From Alphaproteobacteria bacterium (GTDB lineage Bacteria > Pseudomonadota > Alphaproteobacteria > RF32 > CAG-239), in contig JAFUQJ010000018.1 of the NCBI GenBank assembly GCA_017480995.1, positions 1-34,091 on the forward strand: a DNA stretch of 34,091 bases, given 5' to 3'. Position numbers and translations under genes: made by a program. Positions 7,913 through 18,300 of the stretch are shown here, piece after piece (the stretch's first letter is position 1; every line of letters begins with the position of its first letter). The notes beneath the pieces are model-generated. The model was not told the DNA's origin. It saw only the letters and a list, made by a program, of their open reading frames with translations, and ran no database searches.

Positions 7913-10900
7913 ATGATGAATAAAGTATTGAAAATTTGTTTGCTGAGCTTCCTCGTATCGGTCGTAACGGCGGTCTTTCAGACGGCCGAGGCATTCTTTT
8001 TCCCGCAGCTGGCGATTGATCCTTATCCGGTTTTCAAGCCGTCCGAAACCCTGATTACGGCCGGCAAAAGCACCGCGCATCTGGCGCATACGGCTCAAAA
8101 AACGATTAATACCACCGAGACCACGCTCAACAACGCCAAAACTGCGGTTATGGCCGCATACAGCGGCGAGCTGACCAGCCTGCTCGACGTCGGCGGCACC
8201 AACCCCGGCCAAAAAGAAATCGCCGACTGCAATTATCTCGGACACAAGTTCAAAATGACCAAGGCGGACGACGTGGCCGAGATTGCGCGTCTGCTGTTTC
8301 TGCAGTACCCCGTCAATCCCAAAAAAGACACGGTCGGCGCCCAAAAATACGACGCTTACCGCCAGAGCTTCTATCGCGACAGCCTGATGGAAATTTATAC
8401 GGCGGCTCTTGCTTTGGAAGGAGATTTGGAAACTTCGCTCAAACCGTCTGTTGAAGACAGCATCAAATGCATCAAAGGCGAGGGCACCAACTGCGGGATT
8501 CCTTCCCCCGACGGCAATAACGATTCGGCGTTTGTCGAGGGCAAGGCGCTGGAAGCGACGGCCAATCTCTATGAAATGCTCTTGAAAGTAACCGCTCTGA
8601 AGGCGCAGCTTGCCGCCGTCAAGGTTATCGGCACCGGCACGCCGGGCAGCTATACTGAAGGATACGAGGATACGCCTGTCGTTACCGAGGATTCTGCGTC
8701 GGAAAGCGCTTCCGAGACGCCGCAGCAGCAAAGCAGCCTGCTGCCTGCCGACGGCCGGGTATATGCCTCCGCGCATAAGGCCGCGGTTCAGAGCGTCGGC
8801 TTTGCTCAGGTCGGAATGTCCGGAACGGTTGCGACGTCTTTGTCCGATATCGAGGCGCAAAGCAAGCTCTCCGGCAGCGCTTCGCAGCAGATTGTCGACA
8901 ATACGCTGAGCTTTGTAATGGCGCCGGAAGACACCTCTTGGCACCCTTATACCGAAGCTGCCGACAAAATGGCCGAGCTCGACAAGATTGCGCCGATTTC
9001 CGAGCTGGCAGACGAGGCGATGGCCGTTCATAATCTGATTGTCAAGCTGCCGGAATACCGGAATGCCGCCGAAACCCTCAACGAGGTTAAGGAAGCGCAT
9101 AAACGCGCGTTGGATTCTCTCAAAGAGTCGGATCAGTGCGCGCTGAATTATCTCGGCCGGCGTTATTCCGGCCCGCAAACGCCCTGGGCCGGCCGCAGTC
9201 TCGGAAGCGAAGTGAACAATGCCGACATTCGCAAGGGGATTTCCGGCTGGGCTCTGGAAGCCTATGAGACGGCCAAAGCCGCGCAGACCGCCTCGGACGC
9301 CGGAGAAAACGCGGCCGTTCTTGACGTCGATTTTGATACGGTTGACTTGTCTGACATCAGCGACACCCAAAAGGGCAATCAGGTTATCAAAGCCGGCGGC
9401 GGCGAGAGCATCAGCAGCAACAAAAAGGAGCAGGGCGCCAAAGAAGCGCGGGAAACGGCCATGATTTCGTGGCAGATAGGTTCGGAAGCGGCGCATTTGC
9501 TGACGGACACGCCGGACAAATGGGGCGCCGTTTCCAAAAAAGAGCCGGTTTGGACCGACGTTAAGACTTTTTATAACCAGTATCTTCAGTTTAAATATGA
9601 CAATATCCGCAGTTATCTGAAATCTTATTCCAAAAACGATGTTTTGGCGGTGGTTGCCGAGCGTTTGAAAGGCGGCAAAGATGTGGAAATCAGCGACAAT
9701 AAAAAACAGCAGGCCGTTCAAAACGCCGTCGATACGTTGAGTCAGGAGCTTTCGGCCGTTTCCGCGCAGCAGGATGAAGAGCTCAAAAAACAGACCTCGG
9801 CCCACAGCGGCCAGCTGGCCGCTCTGCAAAAGCGCCGTCAGGATATTTTAAGCCGTATGGAAACGGTTGACGCCAAACAGAAAGAACTGTCCGACAAACT
9901 GGGCGACCTGCGCAACAAAGCGCAGGACGACGCCGTCAACGCCATGCAGGCGACGGTCACGCATAAAACGACTTTTCCGGTCGGGAGCTATACCGTTGCC
10001 GACGAAGGCGGAGCGGAGACGCGCGAGGTTGCTGACGCCGATTCCGACAGCCGCGTTTTCGAAAGCTCAACAGCGGCTAATAAGCAGGATTCCGAAATCG
10101 ACGAGGTTAAGCAGGAACTGGACAAGCAAAATTCCCGGTTGAGCTCGCTCGAAAACGAGCTTGCTTCGGTGGACAAGGAAATTGCGTCTTACCGTCTCGG
10201 CGCTCCGGCAAAAGTTACTTCGCTTTTGGAACGCATCAGGGCCGCCAAACTCCAAAAGAGCGATTCCGTAATGGATAAAATCAGCGAACTGGACGTTTCT
10301 TACAGCAAAGACGTCAAGACTGCGCTGCTGGACGTTATCGGCAAAAAAGCCTCCGCCAATCCGTTGATGACGCCGCTGATTATTTTCGAAAATGTCGACC
10401 GCGCCGCGGGAGAGGCTCTGGACGATTTGTATAGCAAGGTGGACGCGCGGATTGCTCTGGCGCAAAAGCAGTTCGAAAATCTCGGCGACGATTTGTACGA
10501 TGCCGCCAATCATGCCAAAGTGACGGAAATTCATCAGTCGATGATAAACGATATCAAGGCGATGTCGTTGACCGTTGCCGCCGCCGGAATTGAGACCGTG
10601 GACAATATCCGCCTCTATGCCAAGCTGGAAACCGCCGATACGACGGCCGAAGAGGAGGATTATTTTGTCGGTGCGACTGCCAAGGCGCGTGACTTAAAGG
10701 CGCCGAAGGCAATTTTTGAAATAAAGCTGCCGCCGCTGCGCGAAGCCGTCCATTTTGACGAAGTCGACTGGCAAAACGTTTCGCCTTATTCCGAGGGCGT
10801 AACCAAAAGCGGCGCGATAATCAAAGAGGACTTTTTGAACTACGGCGGAAAAATCCCCGAAATCTGGAAATATCTCCTCAAAGACAACGCCTTTGTCGAA

Positions 10901-11839
10901 AAATCGCTGGATCTCAAAGCCGCTCTCAATCAGGGCTGCGAGGCGGTGGCTTTGTACCGCGGCGGCGTTCTGCCCTGTAAAGTCAAAGATTCCGCGATTA
11001 TTCTGGATGTCGACGCCGAAGGAAAATATATCAAGGGAAGTGCCGGCGGAAATCTGAACGTCTGCGCCGGAATTGAAATGAAGTCGGGCCGTCCGCACCA
11101 TGTTCTGCGCGATGTCGACATTACTTTCCCGCTGTTTTTCGGAACGGAAAAAGCGGAAAAAACCGACTGTCCGTACAGCGAGCTCGGAACACTGCTCGAT
11201 GCCGACGAAAACGGCACGCTGTTTTTCCGTCAGGCCGCGTATAACGCTTTTTACGGAATTGTTCATGAGCAAAGACACACGGACAAGGAGTTGAGCGCCA
11301 AGGAAAACATGCTGCATGCGGTTTACGATCAGACGCCTCTTAATCGTAACCAGACCGGCGATTTTCTGGTCTTTTTCGAAAATGAACAGACGCAGCGCAA
11401 AAACCTTGAAGAAACGCAGAAAGACTATGACGAAATGATGCAGGAGTTTTTCGATGTTCTGAAAAGTCAGGGCTTTACGCCGAGCGCCGGTTTCGATTTG
11501 TCGAAAGAAAGCGATTACAACACCGCCCGCCAAAAGCTGGACGACATCAAAAACGGCAAGATTTCTCAGGCTTTGAGCGAACTCGGCGGAATTGACGTTG
11601 CCGACAACGCGGTTGTTCAGGAACGGGTGGACATCATCAAATCCATGATTGCCGCGTTGCAGAAAGACAGCGATGAGACGACGATTATTTCGGCCGGTGC
11701 GGATGAAGATAATCATCTTGACGAAGACATAAAAAGCTCTAAAGTAAATGAAGAAGTCGCGGACAGGTTTACCAAAAGTCTGGACAAGAATGCGGAAAAG
11801 GCCAAACAGGGGCTCAGTCCGTATTGTCCGAACTATTAA
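7913..11839 (+). CDS. Large exported coiled-coil/Cys-containing protein (~1308 aa)
   Basis: RBS AGGGGG at 7901-7906 before ATG 7913; signal peptide ending TAEA; coiled coils; several Cys pairs; ends SPYCPNY. Confidence 0.88.
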   Translation: MMNKVLKICLLSFLVSVVTAVFQTAEAFFFPQLAIDPYPVFKPSETLITAGKSTAHLAHTAQKTINTTETTLNNAKTAVMAAYSGELTSLLDVGGTNPGQKEIADCNYLGHKFKMTKADDVAEIARLLFLQYPVNPKKDTVGAQKYDAYRQSFYRDSLMEIYTAALALEGDLETSLKPSVEDSIKCIKGEGTNCGIPSPDGNNDSAFVEGKALEATANLYEMLLKVTALKAQLAAVKVIGTGTPGSYTEGYEDTPVVTEDSASESASETPQQQSSLLPADGRVYASAHKAAVQSVGFAQVGMSGTVATSLSDIEAQSKLSGSASQQIVDNTLSFVMAPEDTSWHPYTEAADKMAELDKIAPISELADEAMAVHNLIVKLPEYRNAAETLNEVKEAHKRALDSLKESDQCALNYLGRRYSGPQTPWAGRSLGSEVNNADIRKGISGWALEAYETAKAAQTASDAGENAAVLDVDFDTVDLSDISDTQKGNQVIKAGGGESISSNKKEQGAKEARETAMISWQIGSEAAHLLTDTPDKWGAVSKKEPVWTDVKTFYNQYLQFKYDNIRSYLKSYSKNDVLAVVAERLKGGKDVEISDNKKQQAVQNAVDTLSQELSAVSAQQDEELKKQTSAHSGQLAALQKRRQDILSRMETVDAKQKELSDKLGDLRNKAQDDAVNAMQATVTHKTTFPVGSYTVADEGGAETREVADADSDSRVFESSTAANKQDSEIDEVKQELDKQNSRLSSLENELASVDKEIASYRLGAPAKVTSLLERIRAAKLQKSDSVMDKISELDVSYSKDVKTALLDVIGKKASANPLMTPLIIFENVDRAAGEALDDLYSKVDARIALAQKQFENLGDDLYDAANHAKVTEIHQSMINDIKAMSLTVAAAGIETVDNIRLYAKLETADTTAEEEDYFVGATAKARDLKAPKAIFEIKLPPLREAVHFDEVDWQNVSPYSEGVTKSGAIIKEDFLNYGGKIPEIWKYLLKDNAFVEKSLDLKAALNQGCEAVALYRGGVLPCKVKDSAIILDVDAEGKYIKGSAGGNLNVCAGIEMKSGRPHHVLRDVDITFPLFFGTEKAEKTDCPYSELGTLLDADENGTLFFRQAAYNAFYGIVHEQRHTDKELSAKENMLHAVYDQTPLNRNQTGDFLVFFENEQTQRKNLEETQKDYDEMMQEFFDVLKSQGFTPSAGFDLSKESDYNTARQKLDDIKNGKISQALSELGGIDVADNAVVQERVDIIKSMIAALQKDSDETTIISAGADEDNHLDEDIKSSKVNEEVADRFTKSLDKNAEKAKQGLSPYCPNY

Positions 11840-11854
11840 CGGATAGGTTGATTC

Positions 11855-12613
11855 ATGGTGCAAGGTCAAATACAAAACGGCAGACAGACGCTGGCAATCG
11901 AAGACGCCGCTGCCTCGTCGCCGGAGTTTATCGAAAAAATCGAGCGGGAGACGGAAGGCTTCAAGCTGTATTATTATCTGTGGCTTTCCCGGCTGTTTAT
12001 CGCGACGACGATTTTTTCGATGCTGTTTCTGATTGCTTCGGCGCTGGCTTTGTTCCGGCTGGCGCCGATGGTTTCCGTCGAGCCGTTTCTGATTATCCGG
12101 CAGGACGCTTCGGAAGGGATTGTCCGTGACGAGCCGATTGCCATGGACATGCCCTCGCGCGACAAGCTGCTCGAAACCTTTATCCGCCAGTATGTCATTA
12201 CCCGCAACACGGTTATCAACGATCCCAAGGAGATGCGTTCCCGCTGGATGGGCGGAGGGATGGTAAACTTTTTGTCTTCGCCCGAGGTGTTTGAGGAGTT
12301 TTCCAAAGACGTCCGCCGCCGCTGGGAAAACATGTTTAAGCAGGCGCTGGTGCGCGAGGTGGAGATTATTTCCGTCGTTCGCCAGGGCGGCGCGCGTTCC
12401 CCGGTCTGGAAAGTCGATTTTAAGACTTATGATTTATACGACGAGCAAAACCGCAATCAGGCCCAAAAAGAGGCGACGCTCCGCGTGCGTTACTGGACGG
12501 CTTCGGTAACGGCCGCTTTTATCCGCGAGCGCGTCTTTATGGGACGTCGCCTGATTAATCCGCTCGGCTTTACCGTCACGCGCTATTCTCAGACCGAGGT
12601 CGACATCTTCTAG
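11855..12613 (+). CDS. virB8: VirB8 family protein, copy 1
   Basis: Single TM, then VEPFLI, FIRQYVITR, MSS-like FLSSPEVFEEF, and the C-terminal INPLGFTVTRY signature. Confidence 0.9.
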   Translation: MVQGQIQNGRQTLAIEDAAASSPEFIEKIERETEGFKLYYYLWLSRLFIATTIFSMLFLIASALALFRLAPMVSVEPFLIIRQDASEGIVRDEPIAMDMPSRDKLLETFIRQYVITRNTVINDPKEMRSRWMGGGMVNFLSSPEVFEEFSKDVRRRWENMFKQALVREVEIISVVRQGGARSPVWKVDFKTYDLYDEQNRNQAQKEATLRVRYWTASVTAAFIRERVFMGRRLINPLGFTVTRYSQTEVDIF

Positions 12614-12646
12614 CGCTGCAAATTGTTGATAAGTATGGTTAACCTG

Positions 12647-12674
12647 TTAGACATTTAAACTAAAAGAGTATAAT
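12647..12674 (+). promoter_or_regulatory. Putative internal sigma70 promoter for virB7-virB11
   Basis: Perfect TATAAT at 12669-12674 with TTAGAC/TAGACA 15-16 nt upstream, in a 110-nt AT-rich gap. GATAAGTAT occurs twice around it (12628, 12688). Confidence 0.45.
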
Positions 12675-12724
12675 TTCATAATAACTGGATAAGTATATAT
12701 TATGGAAAAGAAAGGCCTTTCTTT

Positions 12725-12913
12725 ATGAAAAAATATTCTAGAGTTTTGTTATTGCTGGTTTTATTTCTGCTGTCCGGCTGTTTCGGCTCCTATTACGAGC
12801 CGGAGCCCGTCGGTATCGGCAAAGGCAGCGACGAGCTGAAGCTGTCGCCCTGCGCCTGCATGGAGATCGAACTTCCGAAAACTTTGCCGGACTGGTTTGT
12901 TGCAACAATATAA
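12725..12913 (+). CDS. virB7: Small lipoprotein, VirB7-like
   Basis: 62 aa; lipobox LSGC; KLSPCAC Cys motif; sits between two virB8 genes and upstream of virB9. Confidence 0.7.
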   Translation: MKKYSRVLLLLVLFLLSGCFGSYYEPEPVGIGKGSDELKLSPCACMEIELPKTLPDWFVATI

Positions 12914-12928
12914 CAGATAGAGAATCTG

Positions 12929-13657
12929 ATGGCGGAAAGAATTGAGGGGAACCCCGGCGGACGGAGATTAATCGGCAGCAGAGCGGCCGAAAATGCCGCG
13001 CTGAAGCAGTCTTCCGAGCTTTTTGTAGCCAATGTCGGCGAAAAAAGGTATCTGTGGACGGCGCGCGCTTTCGCCGTCATCACGGCGCTGAGCATTTGCT
13101 GCAATCTTGTCTTGATTTTGGCAATTTATCAGGTTTTGCCGCTGTACCGCGTCGAGCCTTTTCTGCTTACGTTCCAAAACCGCTCCGAACAGGTTTACAA
13201 TATTCAGCCGATCCGCGAGGGCATGCGCAACCAGAAGGCGATTACCGAAGTTTTTGTCCGTCAGTATGTGCTGATACGCAGTTCTTTCAGCCGCGATTTG
13301 GCCGAGATGGAAGCGCGCTGGATGCCCGGCGGCGCAATTCAGGAGATGTCGGCGCCGAATATCTATCAGGACTTTTTGAACAATACCGCCAAAAAGGCGC
13401 TCAGCGTTATCAGAACCCGCGGTTTGCAGCGCGAAGTCAAGATTCTTTCCGTCAACGAGCTGACCAACGGCATTTGGCAGGTGGAGTACGAAACCCGCGA
13501 CATGTATCCGGATTCAGCCAAGCCGGAAGTCAATTATTGGACGGCGTCGCTCAACGTCGGCTATCGCAGAAAAACGGTCAAATACGGCGATCGCCTCAAA
13601 AATCCGGTCGGCTTTACCGTCAACAGGTATTCTTTGACTTATAATAAAGTGGAGTAA
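12929..13657 (+). CDS. virB8: VirB8 family protein, copy 2
   Basis: Single TM, VEPFLL, FVRQYVLIR, KNPVGFTVNRY; clearly paralogous to 11855-12613. Confidence 0.9.
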   Translation: MAERIEGNPGGRRLIGSRAAENAALKQSSELFVANVGEKRYLWTARAFAVITALSICCNLVLILAIYQVLPLYRVEPFLLTFQNRSEQVYNIQPIREGMRNQKAITEVFVRQYVLIRSSFSRDLAEMEARWMPGGAIQEMSAPNIYQDFLNNTAKKALSVIRTRGLQREVKILSVNELTNGIWQVEYETRDMYPDSAKPEVNYWTASLNVGYRRKTVKYGDRLKNPVGFTVNRYSLTYNKVE

Positions 13658-13664
13658 TTCGAAA

Positions 13665-15332
13665 GTGGCTTTTATGACTAAAAAATCAGGTTTGCTTTTA
13701 TCTGCCGGGCTTTTGAGCTCCCTTTTGTGCTTCGGCTTTGCCGAGGCGCAGGTCAATCAGCAGGTGATGGACGCCAGCGCCGAGCAGGCTCAGGGGACGT
13801 ATACGCCGATGAATTTGGGCTATGCCGGGTTTAATTCGCTCGGCATGACGCAGGCGGCCTGGCTTGATCCGATGCAGAATTTGGGCGAAGGACAGAGCAA
13901 ACCTGCTTATTCGCGCTATTACTGGTCGCCCGATCTGGTCTTGCCGATCCGTGTGCGCGAAGGCATGATTACGCTGATTAATTTTCCTAATTGGGAAATG
14001 ATTGAAGATATTTTTATCGGTGACAACGCGACGTTTGACGGTCAGATTTCCGGGCCGAATTCGTTAATGCTGTATCCGCGCAAGGGCGCCAACGTCGGCG
14101 TCGACACCAACGTGATTGTCTTCGGCCGCTCCGGCAACCGCTATGTGTTCTACGTCAAGAGCGAAGCTGTCAATACCGAGCGTTTGACCAACTCGATTAT
14201 TGATATCGACGTCGTCGGCGGCAACGACGGTTCCGGCGGAACGCCGAACTATGGCAGCGGCGGCGTTTTGGGCGTTCATACCGGCGGCACCGTTTCCGGC
14301 GGCAAGTCGGTTGACGCCAACTATACCCGCAGCTTCCAGAAGAGCGACTGGCTCAAGTCGATTCCGCTTGATCCGTCCAAATTTCGTTTTGATTTGGAAG
14401 TCTATGTACCGAACCCCGACGACGTGGTGATTGCGCCCGAGCGCGTCTGGCGCGATGATATCTTTACGTATATCGACCTCGGCAAAAAGGCGCTGAACAT
14501 GATGCAGCGTCCGGTTGTCAGCATGATCGTCGAACGGGTTGAGGTTCCGGTCGGCTTCCGCACCAAGGGGCCCGACAACCGTTTGATTATTGTCGAGGGT
14601 GTCGGCGATTTGGTCTTGCGCAACGGCAAGCGCCTGATTTGCATCAAACTGCGTCGTTCGGACGCTTCCGGTCTTGAATACGCAATCGATTCTGCCGATT
14701 ATCTGCCTCCGACCTGGGAAGTTCCGGCCCCGCTGCCGGCGCAAAGCGGCGGCGGAGCGGCAGGACAGGGCGGCGTGCCTTATGGTGATGCCGCAGGGGC
14801 TGCCGCCGGTGCGGCTCAGGGAATGCCGGCCGGTTCGGTTCCCGGACAATATGATATTCAGGTCGGCCAGAGTCAGGTTATCGTTCCGCAGTACGGCGGC
14901 AATGCCGGGGGGCAGAACGTCGGCGTGGGGTATCAGCCCGGAACCGGCGCCGCCGCAAACTTTGATTATTCCAAGATGCAGCGGATCAGCAATACCAACG
15001 CCGGCAGCGGCGCGTCCGCCAATCCGTATTGGCAGCAGTACGGCTACGGTTCGGGCTTTGCCGACGGAGGCAACTCCAATATTTCGATTGAGCTCGGAAC
15101 CGATGCCGATGTCAGCAATCTTGAGGAGCTGTGGGGCAGGCTGTCCAAAAAGTATAAGGCGGACTTGGAGCGTTATGAGCCGTTCTTCTCGGTTGACGCG
15201 CCGGCCGACGGTCAGGGCAAGGAGCTGTTTCATCTGCGTGTCGGCCCTGTCAAAACGCTTGAAGAAGGGGACAAAACCTGCAGCATTCTGGGCCGCAACG
15301 GCGTCTTTTGCAGCGTAGTCAGGACACAGTGA
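13665..15332 (+). CDS. virB9: VirB9/TrbG family protein with C-terminal SPOR domain
   Basis: Signal peptide; GMITLINF, DTNVIV...RYVF, PERVWRDDIFTYIDL, LRNGKRLICI motifs. Gly-rich linker, then a SPOR-like domain (IELG...WGRL...HLRVGP...C...C). Confidence 0.9.
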   Translation: MAFMTKKSGLLLSAGLLSSLLCFGFAEAQVNQQVMDASAEQAQGTYTPMNLGYAGFNSLGMTQAAWLDPMQNLGEGQSKPAYSRYYWSPDLVLPIRVREGMITLINFPNWEMIEDIFIGDNATFDGQISGPNSLMLYPRKGANVGVDTNVIVFGRSGNRYVFYVKSEAVNTERLTNSIIDIDVVGGNDGSGGTPNYGSGGVLGVHTGGTVSGGKSVDANYTRSFQKSDWLKSIPLDPSKFRFDLEVYVPNPDDVVIAPERVWRDDIFTYIDLGKKALNMMQRPVVSMIVERVEVPVGFRTKGPDNRLIIVEGVGDLVLRNGKRLICIKLRRSDASGLEYAIDSADYLPPTWEVPAPLPAQSGGGAAGQGGVPYGDAAGAAAGAAQGMPAGSVPGQYDIQVGQSQVIVPQYGGNAGGQNVGVGYQPGTGAAANFDYSKMQRISNTNAGSGASANPYWQQYGYGSGFADGGNSNISIELGTDADVSNLEELWGRLSKKYKADLERYEPFFSVDAPADGQGKELFHLRVGPVKTLEEGDKTCSILGRNGVFCSVVRTQ

Positions 15333-15340
15333 CGCAACAC

Positions 15341-18300
15341 ATGAGCAAAGATAACTTAACACATTCCGAGAAGTATATCAAAAAAACCAATCGCATTATT
15401 CTTGCGATTGGTATTACTTCTTTTTTGATATTTGTTTTCGGTGTGTTTTTGCTCATCAAAAGCAATCAGGTCGAAGATAATTTCGAAGAGCCGGTCTTTA
15501 CGGACAACGCCGACGTCTTGGGCGACGTCAGCGCGCCGGCGTTAACGCAGAACATTGAGTTTTCGACCATGGAGGGCGAGATTCCTCTGACCACCACGCC
15601 CGATCCGGTGCCGATGGGCGAGGTTGTGCTCGGAACCGATGCCAAAAACGTTCTGACGCTCGGTACCAACGGCAGGGCCGCCGTCAAAATCGTTTCGGTA
15701 GAGCTGGCAGATCCGCCGGCCGACGGTTTTTCTTTTCAGAGCGGCTGCGACGGCAAAACGCTGACCGGTAACGATACCTGCCATATTACCATGAGCTGGG
15801 CGCCCGTCATTGCCGGAAACGTGCAGAACAATTTTATTATCTCGTGGTATGAGCTTAATCTTGGCGAAAACAACGTCAAATCTGCCAAAGTTCCGGTCAG
15901 CGGCAATGCCGTTACCAAGGAAGACTGCAAGTTGTGCGAGAACGTTTCGGTTTCCGAGGCCGGCGGTGTGGCCGGTACGCCTAAAGCCGTCCGCTATGCA
16001 ATCGGACCGGACGGAAAAATTCTCGGTATTATTGACGAAGACGGCTATGTCCGCGATGCCAACGGCAATATCATCGGCCGTGTCGGCGCCGACGGCATGA
16101 TCCGCGATGCCGACGGCAATGTCATCGGCGTTGCCGAAAACCGTCGTGCCGTTTACGACGAATTCGGCAATCTCATCGGCTATGTCAATCCCGACGGTTC
16201 GGTGGTCGATTTGGACGGCAATGTCATCGGCCGCGTTCTGCCCGACGGCACGGTGGTCGATCTGAACGGCAAGGTTATCGGCCGCGCGGTCGAAACCGGC
16301 TTTGTTTATGATAAGGACGGCAATATTATCGGCCGCGTTTTGCCCGACGGCACGGTTGTGGATATGGACGGCAACGTTATCGGCAGGGTAATGCCCGACG
16401 GCACGGTGGTCGATTTGAACGGCAATGTCATCGGCAATATTACCAAGCCGGGACGCGTGGCGGTCGATGCCAACGGCAAGGTCTTGGGCGTCGTCATGCC
16501 CGACGGCAGCGTTGTCGATGCCAACGGCAATGTTATCGGATACGTTGACGAGAACGGCAACATCGTTTCCAAAAATTCGCCCCTGCAGGGCAAAAAACTG
16601 CGCGTTGCCTACGATGCCAACGGCAATATCATCGGCTATGTCGATGAAAACGGCAATCTGCTCGACATTAACGGCAACATCATCGGCAGAATGCGCGAAG
16701 ACGGCACGATTGTCGATTTGCAGGGCAACGTTATCGGCTATGTCGGCGAAGAAGTGCAGTTTGACGAGAACGGCAATATTATCGGCGCCGTGGTAAACCT
16801 GAGCAGGCTGCCGATTACGCCGCAGGGAACGCTGCTCGGAATTTTGCAAAACGACGGCAGCATCGAAAATTCGGCCAAACAGGTCGTAGGGCGGGCGCTT
16901 CCCAACGGTCTGGTTAAAGATCCCGGCGGTTCCAAAATCGTGGCCAAAATGGTCAACGGCGGCTTTGTCGTCGGTTTCGGCTGCAAACAGCTGGGATATC
17001 TGGACAAAGACGGCCTGATTAAGAAGGGTAACGAGGATACCAAACTGCGGATTACGCCCGAAGGCTCGGTGCTGGATGCCGAGGGGCGCTATGCCGGAGA
17101 AGTCTTGCGCCGCGGCCCCGTGTTTGACAATAAGTGCCGTTTTTTGGGAACGGTTGACAATACCGGAATTGTCAAAGACAACGATAACCGCTATGTCGGC
17201 TGCGTCAATCCCGACGGCAGCGTTTTGGACGAGAAAGGCGATTACGTCGGCCATGTTGCGAGCCGGGGCGCCGCTGTCGACTATGACGGCCGCTACCTCG
17301 GGCGGATAGACAATCAGAACCGCGTCGTCAACGATGCCGGGCTTCCGGTCGGCTGCGTCGGTTTCGGCGGCGACGTTTTTAACAACGAGGGCGTTTATAT
17401 CGGCCGTGTCGTCGGCAGAAAATATGCGTTTGATTTCAACGGCGACTATATCAACCCGGTTGACGACGACGCCAAGGTAAAGATTTACGGCAAGCCCTCG
17501 GCTTCGCTGTCTTCCAATAATCTGGTGCTGGACAACAACAATAAGATTATCGGCGTTGCTCTGGATGCCGAAACGGCGGTCGGCAACGCCCGCGGCAACG
17601 CTTTGGGAATGCTGTTCCCCGACGGCGGCATCTACAGCGCCAAAGGAATTTCTCAGGGAAAGGTCAAAAATGACGGCCTCGGTTTTTACGGTTCCGTTCT
17701 CGGCGCGGCTTTTCCGCGCGGCGAGGTGATTAATCTGCGCGGGGAGAATGTCGGCGTCGCTTATCAAAACGGCGAGGTCTTCAGCCGTTACGGCGATCGG
17801 CTCGGCTATGTCGACGGCCGCGGCAAGTATTTTAATCACAAAAACGAATATCAGGGCGCGATCGTCCGCCGGGGCGCCGCCATCGGGTATGACGGCTCGT
17901 ATCTCGGCTATGTCATTGCCGACGGTACCGTGGTTGACATCAACGGCAAAACTTCCGGCCGCGTTACGCATGACGAAAAAATCGCCGACGACAAAGGCCG
18001 CATTATCGGTGAGGTTATTCCCGAAAACGCGATTATTGACATTTGGGGGAATTATAAAGGCTTTTTGAACTCGCTCGGCGACGTCACCGATCTCAAGGGC
18101 GAAGTCGTTACCGCCATTTTGCCCGGCGGCGCGACCGACAACAATCTGAGCGTCGTCAAATCGGGCGTCGTTATCGATTTCGGCGGCAATCCGGTCGGCG
18201 TGGTCATGCCTGACGGTGCCGTTGCCGATAAGAATAATGTCGTCATCGGCCGGGCGCTGTCCGACGGAAATGTCGTCAGCGTTGCCGGAAAACTCATCGG

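Noticed and set aside
16005-16790. Possible CRISPR array or DGR template/variable repeats
   Set aside because: The units are in-frame coding repeats varying mainly at synonymous or conservative positions. There are no unique spacers, cas genes or reverse transcriptase.
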